The notes under the pieces were generated by a model. That model was not told the origin of the DNA and ran no database searches. It saw nothing but the letters and a program-made list of their open reading frames with translations. Made by a program: the position numbers and the translations under genes. Shown here piece after piece: positions 49,831-59,292 of a stretch of 64,000 nucleotides of DNA (its first letter is position 1; each line of letters begins with the position of its first letter). The stretch is from Clostridiales bacterium (lineage in GTDB: Bacteria; Bacillota; Clostridia; Lachnospirales; Lachnospiraceae). The stretch lies in NCBI GenBank assembly GCA_018365455.1, contig JAGZJZ010000008.1:21366-85365 (forward strand), in the 5' to 3' direction.

Positions 49831-51516
49831 ATGCGGGAAAATAGGGAGGAGTATGTCATAAAAATTGACAATCTTCCATGTGGTTTCTGCAAAATTAGAA
49901 ATGATGATATTCTGACCATTGTGAGTGCGAATGACTTTTTTTATCAGAGTTATGGATACGCGCCCCGGGAGGCAGAATCTGCAGGATTCACTGCAATAAG
50001 TAATATCATACATCCGGCTGACTGGCCGAAGGCAAAAGAGAAAATAGACAGATGTAAGAAAGAGCGTTTGGATTATATAGAAATAGAAGTGAAAACATTA
50101 CATAGCTCCGGAAGCGTTCTCTGGAATCTGATCAAGTGCACATCAGACCCCGATGAAGACAACTGTTTGAATTGTATCATACTGGATATCAGTAAACGGA
50201 TGGAAGCAATTGAGGCTCTGAAAATGGGAGAAAAAGAGAAGGTTCTGCTCCTTGGACATGCCAAACGTTTTGCTTTCCGGTTTTATCCGAGTACACGAAC
50301 TGCTGTATTATCGGAGGATACAGCGATGGAACTGGGACTTCCGGTGAAGGTGGAGAATCTGCCGGAGAGTATCGCAGATACCTATCCTGCAAAAGAGAGC
50401 AGAGATGAGTTTATCACTTTTTATGAACGTATGCTGGAAGGCCGGCCTAAGGGAACTGCAATTTTACATTTTCGCAATAAGACAGGGGATTATACCTGGT
50501 ATGAATGTACCTTTTCCATGGTGTACAACCGGGAGGGACTGCCGCTGCATGCCATCGTGTCCTTTGAGGATATCAGTGAACAGCGTGAAAAAGAAATTGC
50601 ATATGAAAAATGGAGCCAGTTTAACCAGTCCCAGCAGGAGAATGCCGTTGCTTATTATGAATGCGATATTACGAAAAATATTCTGGAGAGTGTCCGGACA
50701 GATTCCAATAATATCCTGCCGGAAGCGGTAGTGGAAACTTATGATAAAACACTTGAATATGTTGTGGAGAATCTGATTGTGCCCGAGGACAGGCAGGGTT
50801 ATGTTGAATTATTCTGCAGGAGTGAAATGATCCGCCAGTTCCACAACGGGAAGCGGGAAATGAAAATGGAATGCCAGCGCTATGCAAAAGACGGGACGGT
50901 ATACTGGGTTATGGCATCACTCCAGATGCTTCCCGATCCCTATTCAGACCATATAAAAGCATTTATCCTGATAACGGATATTGACAAAGAAAAACGCAAA
51001 GCCTTGGAACTGCATGAACGGTCAAGGCGGGATCCGCTCACCGGGGTGCTGAACCGACGGGCGATCATTGACCAGGTCACGGATGTATTGGATAAAAGCC
51101 AGCCGAACAGCAGACACATCTTTATAATGGTAGATATTGATCATTTTAAAGAATTAAACGACAACAAAGGACATCAGTTTGGAGACTGGGTTTTGTCAGT
51201 GATAACCAGTAAATTAAAGGAATCCCTGCGTGCAGATGACATTTTGGGACGTTTGGGAGGTGATGAATTTATCGCTTTCTTAAAAGATGTGCCGGATGAA
51301 AATGTTTTACAGGAGCGTCTGGATACCCTTTTGAAAAAACTGGCGTTTTCCACGGGCAGCGCCTATAATATTACCGGGAGTCTTGGAATTGCTGTCTATC
51401 CAAAAGACGGAAAGGACTTTGACGGATTATACAAAAAGGCAGATCTTGCATTATATGAAGCAAAACGCCGGGGCAGAAACCAATATGTCTTCTATAAGCC
51501 CGGCATGATACAATGA
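49831..51516 (+). CDS. PAS-domain diguanylate cyclase (GGDEF)
   Basis: Two PAS-like regions, then a GGDEF domain with the active-site motif 'RLGGDEFIAFL' and I-site context 'RRD'. No EAL domain. RBS 'caggagggga' precedes the ATG at 49831. Confidence 0.8.
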   Translation: MRENREEYVIKIDNLPCGFCKIRNDDILTIVSANDFFYQSYGYAPREAESAGFTAISNIIHPADWPKAKEKIDRCKKERLDYIEIEVKTLHSSGSVLWNLIKCTSDPDEDNCLNCIILDISKRMEAIEALKMGEKEKVLLLGHAKRFAFRFYPSTRTAVLSEDTAMELGLPVKVENLPESIADTYPAKESRDEFITFYERMLEGRPKGTAILHFRNKTGDYTWYECTFSMVYNREGLPLHAIVSFEDISEQREKEIAYEKWSQFNQSQQENAVAYYECDITKNILESVRTDSNNILPEAVVETYDKTLEYVVENLIVPEDRQGYVELFCRSEMIRQFHNGKREMKMECQRYAKDGTVYWVMASLQMLPDPYSDHIKAFILITDIDKEKRKALELHERSRRDPLTGVLNRRAIIDQVTDVLDKSQPNSRHIFIMVDIDHFKELNDNKGHQFGDWVLSVITSKLKESLRADDILGRLGGDEFIAFLKDVPDENVLQERLDTLLKKLAFSTGSAYNITGSLGIAVYPKDGKDFDGLYKKADLALYEAKRRGRNQYVFYKPGMIQ

Positions 51517-51603
51517 TAAATTTTTATCAATTCTTTGGATTTGGGATTGCGTGGTATTGTGTGGAGTGAAGAAAACCCTGTCCCCAAAATCTGTTAATTC
51601 CTC

Positions 51604-51636
51604 TGAAACCCTGTATTTTACAGGGTTTTTTTTGTC
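51604..51636 (+). terminator. rho-independent terminator
   Basis: Stem aaccctgta/tacagggtt followed by TTTTTTTT. It separates the GGDEF gene from the BMC operon. Confidence 0.6.
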
Positions 51637-51741
51637 CTAAAAATTATTGAGAAAGATGTTGATTTTTAGTGGCATTCGTGTTAAAATAAATTAAACCAAA
51701 AATAAAACAACACAAACAAACATGTAAGGAGGATTTTTTTC

Positions 51742-52551
51742 ATGGCTAATGAATATGAAATCAAAAAACAAATTTGTGAGATCGGTAAGAGAATTTACGA
51801 CAGAAATATGGTTGCTGCAAACGACGGTAACATTTCAGTAAAAATAAGTGATAACGAGTTCTTATGTACACCAACAGGTGTTTCCAAAGGATTCATGACA
51901 CCAGAATTTATCTGTAAAGTAGATGCAAAAGGAAATGTTCTTCAGGCAAACGGAAACTTCAAACCTTCATCTGAAATCAAAATGCATATGAGAGTTTACG
52001 AAAAAAGACCGGATGTTGGAGCAGTAGTACATGCTCATCCTACATTTGCAACAAGCTTTGCAATTGCAGGTATTCCTTTAACTCAGCCAATTATGCCGGA
52101 AGCAGTTATCGCTTTAGGATGCGTTCCGATCGCTGAATATGGTACACCTTCTACCGTTGAAATTCCAGATAACGTAGAAAAATACTTACCATATTATGAT
52201 GCTGTATTACTGGAAAGCCACGGAGCTTTAACATGGAGCACAGACCTGTTAGCAGCTTACCACAAAATGGAATCTGTTGAATTCTACGCAGAATTATTAT
52301 ACAAATCCAAAATGCTTGGCGGACCAAAGGAATTTGACAAAGAGCAGATCGCTAAATTATATGAAATCAGAAGACAGATGGGTCTTCCTGGAAAACATCC
52401 TGCAAATATCTGCGCTGAATTAGGCGGAAAATGCGGCGGTGGATGCCACTCAGCAGAAGGCTGCAACTGTGGATCAGCAAAAGCTGACGAACCTAGCGTT
52501 GAGGCAATCGTTGCTGAAGTGACAAAGAAAATCCTTGCTCAGATGAAATAA
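51742..52551 (+). CDS. class II aldolase (fuculose/rhamnulose-1-phosphate aldolase-like) with C-terminal encapsulation-peptide-like extension - BMC signature enzyme
   Basis: The class II aldolase/adducin core runs to about residue 215. A Gly/Cys-rich linker 'GGKCGGGCHSAEGCNCGS' follows, then a C-terminal amphipathic helix 'SVEAIVAEVTKKILAQMK'. First gene of the BMC operon. RBS 'aaggagg'. Confidence 0.8.
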   Translation: MANEYEIKKQICEIGKRIYDRNMVAANDGNISVKISDNEFLCTPTGVSKGFMTPEFICKVDAKGNVLQANGNFKPSSEIKMHMRVYEKRPDVGAVVHAHPTFATSFAIAGIPLTQPIMPEAVIALGCVPIAEYGTPSTVEIPDNVEKYLPYYDAVLLESHGALTWSTDLLAAYHKMESVEFYAELLYKSKMLGGPKEFDKEQIAKLYEIRRQMGLPGKHPANICAELGGKCGGGCHSAEGCNCGSAKADEPSVEAIVAEVTKKILAQMK

Positions 52552-52565
52552 GGGGGTACCACATA

Positions 52566-53978
52566 ATGGCTATTAACGAACAAGAAATTCAAGATATTGT
52601 TCGAAGCGTGTTAAAAGGCATGGGTACGACGGCGGATAAACCGGCAGGATCTTCTAAAAAATTACTGGGTGTATTTGATGATATCAATGATGCAATTGCA
52701 GCAGCAAAAGAAGCCCAGAAAGAAATTCAGCCAATGCCATTAGAGTTTCGTGAAAAGATCATCTCCAATATCCGTAAGAAAACACTGGAAAATGCAAAAA
52801 TGTTTGCAGAGCTGGGTGTAGAAGAAACCGGAATGGGAAATGTAGGACATAAAATTTTGAAACACCAGCTGGTTGCAGAAAAGACTCCTGGAACAGAGGA
52901 TCTTTCTACTGTGGCATGGTCGGGAGACAGAGGACTTACTCTGGTAGAAATGGGACCGTTCGGAGTTATCGGTGCAGTTTGTCCGTCTACGAACCCTACG
53001 GAAACCGTAGTATGTAATTCTATCGGAATGATCGCAGCAGGAAACACAGTTGTATTTGCACCACATCCATCTGCTAAAAATGGTTCAAATCTGGCAATTG
53101 ATATGATTAACAGAGCCAGCGTTGAAGTGGGCGGACCGGAAAATATAGCCGTTGCTGTAACAGAACCGACTATGGAAGTCAGCAAAGTAATTTTCTCACA
53201 TAAAGATATCTCATTATTAGTAGCAACAGGAGGCCCAGGTGTAGTAACCACCGTTCTTTCTTCCGGTAAGAGAGCAATGGGAGCGGGCGCAGGAAATCCA
53301 CCTGTTTTAGTTGATGAAACAGCTAATATCCCGAAAGCTGCGGAAGATATCATCAATGGATGTACATTTGACAATAACCTGCCTTGTATTGCTGAAAAGG
53401 AAGTTGTTGCAGTTGATATGATAGCGGACGAGCTGATCTACCATATGGAACAGGTTGGATGTTATCATGCAAACGCAGAAGAAGTTCAGAAATTAATCCA
53501 GACTGTTTTTAATGAGAAAAACGGTAAGAGAACCCTGAACAGACAGTGCGTTGGACGCAGTGCAAAAGTTCTTCTTAGCAAAATCGGAGTTACGGTTGGC
53601 GATGAAATCCGTTGTATCATATTCGAAGGTGAAAAAACAAATCCTATGATCTGGGAAGAGCTTATGATGCCGATTCTGGGTATCGTAAGAGTAAAGAATG
53701 TAGAAGAGGGTATGGGCATTGCCGTTGAATTAGAACATGGCAACAGACATTCCGCACATATGCATTCAACAAATGTAAATAACCTTACAAAGTTTGGTAA
53801 AATGATCGACACCGCGATCTTTGTGAAAAATGCCCCATCTTATGCAGCACTTGGATTTGGAGGAGAAGGATATCCTACTTTCACAATCTGCAGCCGTACA
53901 GGTGAAGGATTAACCTCCGCTAAAAACTTTACTAAGAGCAGAAGATGTGTAATGGGCGATGCACTTTGCATCAGATAA
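52566..53978 (+). CDS. CoA-acylating aldehyde dehydrogenase (PduP/EutE family) with N-terminal encapsulation peptide
   Basis: N-terminal amphipathic 'INEQEIQDIVRSVLKGM', then a linker and the ALDH fold with catalytic Cys context 'NNLPCIAEK'. Confidence 0.8.
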   Translation: MAINEQEIQDIVRSVLKGMGTTADKPAGSSKKLLGVFDDINDAIAAAKEAQKEIQPMPLEFREKIISNIRKKTLENAKMFAELGVEETGMGNVGHKILKHQLVAEKTPGTEDLSTVAWSGDRGLTLVEMGPFGVIGAVCPSTNPTETVVCNSIGMIAAGNTVVFAPHPSAKNGSNLAIDMINRASVEVGGPENIAVAVTEPTMEVSKVIFSHKDISLLVATGGPGVVTTVLSSGKRAMGAGAGNPPVLVDETANIPKAAEDIINGCTFDNNLPCIAEKEVVAVDMIADELIYHMEQVGCYHANAEEVQKLIQTVFNEKNGKRTLNRQCVGRSAKVLLSKIGVTVGDEIRCIIFEGEKTNPMIWEELMMPILGIVRVKNVEEGMGIAVELEHGNRHSAHMHSTNVNNLTKFGKMIDTAIFVKNAPSYAALGFGGEGYPTFTICSRTGEGLTSAKNFTKSRRCVMGDALCIR

Positions 53979-53996
53979 GGAGTGATAGACGTGGAA

Positions 53997-55199
53997 ATGA
54001 ATATAGAAGAAATCGTAAAACAGGTGCTTTCTGAAATGCAGGGTAATACCAGCAGTGCAGCACCGGCAGCAGCTCCTTGTAAAGCAGCTGGATCTATTCC
54101 GGCAACTTCAAAAGTAGCAATGCTGACAGCTTTGGAACATTATGATATCAAAGAATTTCCGATTCCGGAAATCGGCGATGACGACATCCTGGTTAAAGTT
54201 GAAGGATGCGGCGTTTGCGGTACAGATGCACACGAATTCAAAAGAGATCCATTTAGTTTGATTCCTGTTGTACTTGGACACGAAGGAACCGGCGAAATTG
54301 TTAAAATCGGTAAAAACGTGAAAAAAGACAGCGCAGGCAAAGCTCTCGGACTTGGCGATAAAGTTGTTACCTGTATGATTTTCAAAGATGATCCGGACAT
54401 TACCATGTTCGACTTAAATAAACAGAACGTAGGCGGAGCTGATGTATACGGCTTACTTCCGGATGATGATATTCATCTGAACGGATGGTTTGCAGATTAC
54501 CTGGTTATCCGTAAAGGTTCTACTGTATTTAACGTAAGTGAACTGGATTTAGAGTCCAGAATCTTAATTGAGCCATGTGCAGTATTAATCCATGCTGTAG
54601 AAAGAGCTAAAACAACCGGAATCTTAAGATTCAACAGCAGAGTTGTTGTTCAGGGATGCGGACCGATCGGTCTGATTTGTATCTCAATCTTAAAGACAAT
54701 GGGAATTCAGAATATCGTTGCAGTAGACGGCGAGCAGAAGAGACTTGATTTCGCGAAAGAAATGGGCGCATCTGAAACTGTAAACTTCAAAGACCATAAA
54801 GGAATTGAAGCACTTGCAGATGGCGTGAAAGCGGCATTTGGCGGATACCTTGCAGACTTTGCATTCCAGTGTACCGGATCTCCGATCGCTCATGCAAACA
54901 TCTACAAATTCATCCGTAACGGCGGCGGACTTTGTGAACTTGGATTCTTCATCAATGGTGGAGATGCAACAATCAATCCTCACTTTGATATCTGCTCCAA
55001 AGAAATCACAATCGTTGGTTCCTGGGTATATACACTCAGAGATTATGCAACTACATTTGAATTCTTAAAGGGCGCTCAGGCAATCGGACTTCCAATGAAG
55101 AAACTGATCACACATAAGTTCCCGTTAAGTCAAATTAATGAAGCTCATGTAACAAATCTGAAGATGGAAGGTCTTAAGATCGCTATCATCAACGAGTAA
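53997..55199 (+). CDS. zinc-type (MDR superfamily) alcohol dehydrogenase with N-terminal encapsulation-peptide-like extension
   Basis: N-terminal 'MNIEEIVKQVLSEMQG' plus a linker. Zn-ligand motifs 'CGVCGTDAHE' and 'GHEGTGEIV' and NAD motif 'GCGPIGL' are present. GTG starts at 53982 or 53991 are also possible. Confidence 0.7.
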   Translation: MNIEEIVKQVLSEMQGNTSSAAPAAAPCKAAGSIPATSKVAMLTALEHYDIKEFPIPEIGDDDILVKVEGCGVCGTDAHEFKRDPFSLIPVVLGHEGTGEIVKIGKNVKKDSAGKALGLGDKVVTCMIFKDDPDITMFDLNKQNVGGADVYGLLPDDDIHLNGWFADYLVIRKGSTVFNVSELDLESRILIEPCAVLIHAVERAKTTGILRFNSRVVVQGCGPIGLICISILKTMGIQNIVAVDGEQKRLDFAKEMGASETVNFKDHKGIEALADGVKAAFGGYLADFAFQCTGSPIAHANIYKFIRNGGGLCELGFFINGGDATINPHFDICSKEITIVGSWVYTLRDYATTFEFLKGAQAIGLPMKKLITHKFPLSQINEAHVTNLKMEGLKIAIINE

Positions 55200-55220
55200 G
55201 TGAAAGGAGTGTGTTAGGCC

Positions 55221-55526
55221 ATGCGTGAAGCAGCAGGAATTTTAGAAGTGTTTGGATGCGTAGCAGCATTTGTGGCGGCAGATGCAGCAGCAAAAGCGGC
55301 AAATGTCAGGATCGAATCCATTGACAAGAACAAGCCTGCAAATGCAGATGCGTTACCGGTACCCCTTATTACTTGCTTAAAAATCAGAGGCAGTGTTGCA
55401 GATGTAAATGCTGCAATGGATGCAGCGGAAGAAGCAGCAAACAGTATTACAGGTGTTGTAACAAGATATATTATCCCAGCTCCATCAGAGGATACTGAAA
55501 AGATGTTGAGAATAAGTGCAATATAG
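55221..55526 (+). CDS. BMC shell protein, hexamer type (BMC-H, Pfam00936)
   Basis: 'GILEVFGCVAAFVAADAAAKAANV...' matches the canonical BMC domain. C-terminal ~25-aa tail. Confidence 0.85.
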   Translation: MREAAGILEVFGCVAAFVAADAAAKAANVRIESIDKNKPANADALPVPLITCLKIRGSVADVNAAMDAAEEAANSITGVVTRYIIPAPSEDTEKMLRISAI

Positions 55527-55648
55527 TGTAGAATAAATGTAATAGTTCGACATGACTGAACTGTTACGAATAAATGTTTAGAGTAGATAAAATGAAGAAA
55601 TATCTGATGTTGGAAAAACAACAAGGTTAATTAAGGAGGATTTTTATA

Positions 55649-55924
55649 ATGACACAGGAAGCTTTAGGAATGGTAGAAACAAGAGGTTTAGTAGCAGCAA
55701 TTGAGGCATCTGACGCTATGGTGAAAGCAGCAGACGTTCAGTTAGTAGGAACAGAAAAAATCGGTTCAGGTCTTGTAACAGTTTTAGTTCGTGGAGATGT
55801 TGGAGCTGTTAAAGCAGCTACAGAAGTAGGTGCAGCAGCAGCAGGAAAACTTGGCGAGTTAGTAGCAGTACACGTTATCCCAAGACCTCACACAGACGTA
55901 GAAAAAATATTACCAAGCATCTAA
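55649..55924 (+). CDS. BMC shell protein, hexamer type (BMC-H, PduA/EutM-like)
   Basis: '[30 protein letters not shown]...[17 protein letters not shown]' matches the canonical BMC domain. Confidence 0.88.
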   Translation: MTQEALGMVETRGLVAAIEASDAMVKAADVQLVGTEKIGSGLVTVLVRGDVGAVKAATEVGAAAAGKLGELVAVHVIPRPHTDVEKILPSI

Positions 55925-55962
55925 TACGTGCTCCAATATCCTGAAAACAGAAGGAAAGATAT

Positions 55963-56259
55963 ATGAAATCAATTGGATTAATTGAATTACCTAATATTAC
56001 GGATGCGATTCAGGCACTTGATGTCATGCTGAAAACAGCAGACATCAGGTTCCTGACTTGGGAAAAGAAGTTAGGCGGACGACTGGTAACCATAATCGTT
56101 CAAGGCAATGTTTCTGCAGTAACGGAAGCGATAGAGTCTGCAAAGAGAAGTGCAGTGGGCAATATTGTGGCATCTGCAGTGATAGCAAATCCACATGAAG
56201 AAACAATGAACCTTGTAGAAATCAGTAGAAAGAAATATAAGTTTCTACAGGAAGATTAA
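55963..56259 (+). CDS. BMC shell protein, divergent hexamer type (BMC-H)
   Basis: 'IGLIELPNITDAIQALDVMLKTADIRF...GNVSAVTEAIESA' shows BMC-domain topology with divergent residues. Confidence 0.7.
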   Translation: MKSIGLIELPNITDAIQALDVMLKTADIRFLTWEKKLGGRLVTIIVQGNVSAVTEAIESAKRSAVGNIVASAVIANPHEETMNLVEISRKKYKFLQED

Positions 56260-56310
56260 AATCTGTTGCAGACGGATTCTAATACTTCAGGATAAATCGA
56301 GGTAAAAGAT

Positions 56311-56715
56311 ATGGCCGATGAAAAGAATGTAAAATCTGCAGCTGCGAAAGCTCCTGCAAAAAGAAAACCAAGAACAACCCGCAAAAATGCGAATGCTGCC
56401 CCACCGGCAGCAAAACCAGTGATTAAGGAGGATATCAGAATGGAACTTCAGGCATTAGGAATGATAGAAACAAGAGGACTTATTGCTTCAATCGAAGCAG
56501 CAGATGCTATGTTAAAAGCAGCTAATGTAGTTTTAGTAGGAACAGAAAAAATCGGTTCCGGTCTTGTAAGTGTTATGGTTCGTGGAGATGTTGGAGCAGT
56601 AAAAGCAGCTGTTGAAGCTGGAAGCGCTTCTGCTGGAAGATTAGGCGAAGTAATCGCTGTTCATGTAATCCCAAGACCACATACTGACGTAGAAAAGATC
56701 CTTCCACAGTTTTAA
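56311..56715 (+). CDS. BMC-H shell protein with ~45-aa basic K/A/P-rich N-terminal extension
   Basis: N-terminal '[41 protein letters not shown]' precedes a canonical BMC-H domain '[26 protein letters not shown]...'. Confidence 0.75.
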   Translation: MADEKNVKSAAAKAPAKRKPRTTRKNANAAPPAAKPVIKEDIRMELQALGMIETRGLIASIEAADAMLKAANVVLVGTEKIGSGLVSVMVRGDVGAVKAAVEAGSASAGRLGEVIAVHVIPRPHTDVEKILPQF

Positions 56716-56936
56716 TTAACAAACTACCGCAGACATGTCCATACGGCTCATGCCCGCGCAAATAGACATTTGATATTGCATGCTTTCTTTACGGACAAGA
56801 TGATGACTGTGAAGAGGCATGCAGTTGACTTTATAAGTCAGGATGTGATTTTTTGAAATCCAAAATAGTGGATATGGTAGCTGTGTCCAGGATGCTCTAT
56901 GAATTGAATAACCCCATGAAGAGAGGGACCGAAAAA

Positions 56937-57584
56937 ATGCAGGAACAACAATTAGTAGATGAGATTGCAAGGTTAGTAGCTGAGCAGTTAAAAAATAGTG
57001 TTGATGTATATAACCCGGCTGATGAGATTCCTATTGGAATTTCTGCAAGACATGTGCATCTTAGCAGAGAAGATGTAGAAACCTTATTTGGTAAGGGTTA
57101 TCAGTTAAATAAGAAAAAAGAACTCATGGGCGGGCAGTTCGCAGCTCAGGAGTGTGTAACCATCGTTGGAACAAAATTAAGAGCAATTGAAAATGTCAGA
57201 GTTTTGGGACCGGAGAGAAGCCAGTCTCAGGTTGAAGTTGCCAAGACAGATGCGATACGTCTGGGATTAAACCCGCCGGTTCGTCAGTCAGGGGATCTTG
57301 CAGGCTCCGCACCAATTGCAATGGTTGGTCCAAAAGGTGTTGTATATTTGAAAGAAGGATGTATTGTTGCAAAAAGACATATTCATATGTCACCGGCAGA
57401 TGCAGCCAGATATGGCGTAAAAGACAAACAGGTTGTGAAAGTTCGTTTTGACAGCGGCCGCGGCGGTGTTTTTGAAGATGTTGTAATCAGAGTACATGAT
57501 ACATTTACATTAGAGATGCATATAGATACCGATGAAGCAAATGGCTTGGGCATCGGTAAAGAAATGGGAATTTTAATTAAATAG
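56937..57584 (+). CDS. pduL: phosphate acyltransferase PduL family with N-terminal encapsulation peptide
   Basis: Two PduL-type repeats, each with His motifs ('ISARHVHLS', 'AKRHIHMS'). RBS 'gaggga' precedes the ATG at 56937, giving N-terminal amphipathic 'MQEQQLVDEIARLVAEQL'. The track ORF from 56853 has a TTG start with no RBS. Confidence 0.75.
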   Translation: MQEQQLVDEIARLVAEQLKNSVDVYNPADEIPIGISARHVHLSREDVETLFGKGYQLNKKKELMGGQFAAQECVTIVGTKLRAIENVRVLGPERSQSQVEVAKTDAIRLGLNPPVRQSGDLAGSAPIAMVGPKGVVYLKEGCIVAKRHIHMSPADAARYGVKDKQVVKVRFDSGRGGVFEDVVIRVHDTFTLEMHIDTDEANGLGIGKEMGILIK

Positions 57585-57587
57585 CAA

Positions 57588-57660
57588 GTGCGACAAATGA
57601 CGCAGCGAGTGCAACGATGTCGCAGAAAGCGCGACGAATGTCGCATATAACGCGACACAG
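57588..57660 (+). repeat. 3.5 tandem copies of a ~20-bp imperfect palindromic unit (GCGAC-N4-GTCGC core) in the pduL-pduN intergenic region
   Basis: The units read agtGCGACaaatGaCGCagc / gagtGCaACgatGTCGCaga / aagcGCGACgaatGTCGCat / ataacGCGACac, and the array ends at the RBS 'aggagga' of the BMC-P gene. Confidence 0.5.
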
Positions 57661-57669
57661 GAGGAAAGC

Positions 57670-57948
57670 ATGATTATAGGCAAAGTAGTTGGAACGGTAA
57701 TTTGTACAAGAAAGAATAATGATCTTGTGGGAAGCAAATTCCTGATCGTAGATCCAATGGAAAAGATGAAAACTGATAACAGTAGCCGTCTTGTTGCCGT
57801 GGATAACGTAGGAGCCGGTATCGGTGATATCGTGCTGGTGACGACAGGTAGTTCTGCGCGGCTTGGCTGTGGTGATCCGGATTCTCCGATTGATGCATGT
57901 ATTGTAGGTATTGTAGATGACCCGCAAAAAATAGTCATAGTAGAATAG
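57670..57948 (+). CDS. pduN: BMC vertex protein, pentamer type (BMC-P, EutN/CcmL/PduN family)
   Basis: 92 aa. 'MIIGKVVGTVICTRKNNDLVGSKFLIV...VGAGIGDIVLVTTGSSAR' matches the Pfam03319 fold. Confidence 0.8.
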   Translation: MIIGKVVGTVICTRKNNDLVGSKFLIVDPMEKMKTDNSSRLVAVDNVGAGIGDIVLVTTGSSARLGCGDPDSPIDACIVGIVDDPQKIVIVE

Positions 57949-57963
57949 GTTGGAGTGGACGCA

Positions 57964-59292
57964 ATGAATATGGTAGATATGAAAAAGGCTTTATTCGATG
58001 GCGGTGTTGTAGGAGCTGGCGGAGCAGGTTTCCCAACTCATGCAAAACTTTCAGACCAGGCAGAGACAATCATTTTGAACTGTGCAGAATGTGAACCTTT
58101 AATCAAGGTTGACCGACAGCTCATGAGTGATTACATAAACGAAATACTTTCGGGCATGCAGATGCTTGTCGATACGTTAGGTGCCAATGAAGGAATCATC
58201 GCTGTGAAAAAGTCCTACACTGCTTCTATTGAGGCCGTGAACAGTTGTATTGTTAATTATAATAAACTCCGCCTTCATATTTTACCGGACATCTATCCGG
58301 CAGGAGATGAAGTCGTATTAATTTATGAAACCACAGGAAAAATCGTACCTCAGGGTAAGATTCCGATTCTGGTTGGGTGTGTTGTTGTAAATGTGGAAAC
58401 GGTATTGAACCTGTATCGCAAAGTAACAAGCGATACCAATGTTGTTACGAAATTTGTGACAGTAGCAGGTTTGGTAAACAGTCCGCTTACGGTAGAAGTA
58501 CCGATTGGTATTACGGTTAAAGAACTGGTAGACATGGCAGGTGGATTTTCCACAGAAGACTATGTGATGATTATGGGTGGTCCTATGACGGGACGCATCT
58601 GTTCAGCCAGAGATATTGTAACGAAGACTACAAAGGCAATCCTGGTATTGCCTCCTACCTGTCCGCCAGTTGTAAAAAGACAGAGAAGTAATAAGTTAGA
58701 TCTTAGAAATGCAATGTCTGTCTGTTCACAATGCTCCATGTGTACTAGTTTATGTCCTAGAAATTTGCTTGGTCAGTCCATCAAACCTCATGAATTTATG
58801 AGAGCGATTGCAAATGGAACTACGTATAACGTAGAACCGTTTCTGAACTCATTCTTCTGTTGTTCATGCGGATTATGTGAACTGTATTCTTGTCATCAGG
58901 ATTTATCTCCAAGAAGATTACTGGATGCATATAAAACAGGCCTTAGAAGTAAAGGTGTGAAGATACCGGATAAAGCAGGAAAAGGCGTGGCAAGCAGTCT
59001 GCGTGAGGAACGGAAAGTTCCGGAACACCGTCTGATGCTCAGGCTTGGTCTGGCTAAATTTGATATACCGGCACCGATGAAAGGCTGTCCGATTGAAATT
59101 AACGAAGTAAAATTAATGCTTCGCCAAAACATTGGCGCACCTTGTGTACCATCTGTAAAGGTGGGAGATGAAGTGGCTGTCGGACAACAAATAGCTGCAC
59201 CGCCGGAAGGCGCTTTAGGAACCTGTTTACATGCAAGTATTGCCGGAAAAGTTACGGCAGTTACTGATAACTTTATCAGCATTAAATCATAA
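57964..59292 (+). CDS. pduS: PduS-like RnfC/Nqo1-family Fe-S flavoprotein (BMC cofactor-recycling oxidoreductase)
   Basis: N-terminal 'GGVVGAGGAGFPTHAKL' (RnfC-like NADH/FMN region). Two ferredoxin-type Cys clusters 'CSQCSMCTSLCP' and 'CCSCGLCELYSC', and a C-terminal PduS-type beta domain. RBS 'ggag' precedes the ATG at 57964. Confidence 0.75.
   Translation: MNMVDMKKALFDGGVVGAGGAGFPTHAKLSDQAETIILNCAECEPLIKVDRQLMSDYINEILSGMQMLVDTLGANEGIIAVKKSYTASIEAVNSCIVNYNKLRLHILPDIYPAGDEVVLIYETTGKIVPQGKIPILVGCVVVNVETVLNLYRKVTSDTNVVTKFVTVAGLVNSPLTVEVPIGITVKELVDMAGGFSTEDYVMIMGGPMTGRICSARDIVTKTTKAILVLPPTCPPVVKRQRSNKLDLRNAMSVCSQCSMCTSLCPRNLLGQSIKPHEFMRAIANGTTYNVEPFLNSFFCCSCGLCELYSCHQDLSPRRLLDAYKTGLRSKGVKIPDKAGKGVASSLREERKVPEHRLMLRLGLAKFDIPAPMKGCPIEINEVKLMLRQNIGAPCVPSVKVGDEVAVGQQIAAPPEGALGTCLHASIAGKVTAVTDNFISIKS

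Noticed and set aside
52727-53374. 215-aa antisense ORF inside the aldehyde dehydrogenase gene
   Set aside because: It is nested antisense to a strongly supported ALDH ORF within the BMC operon.
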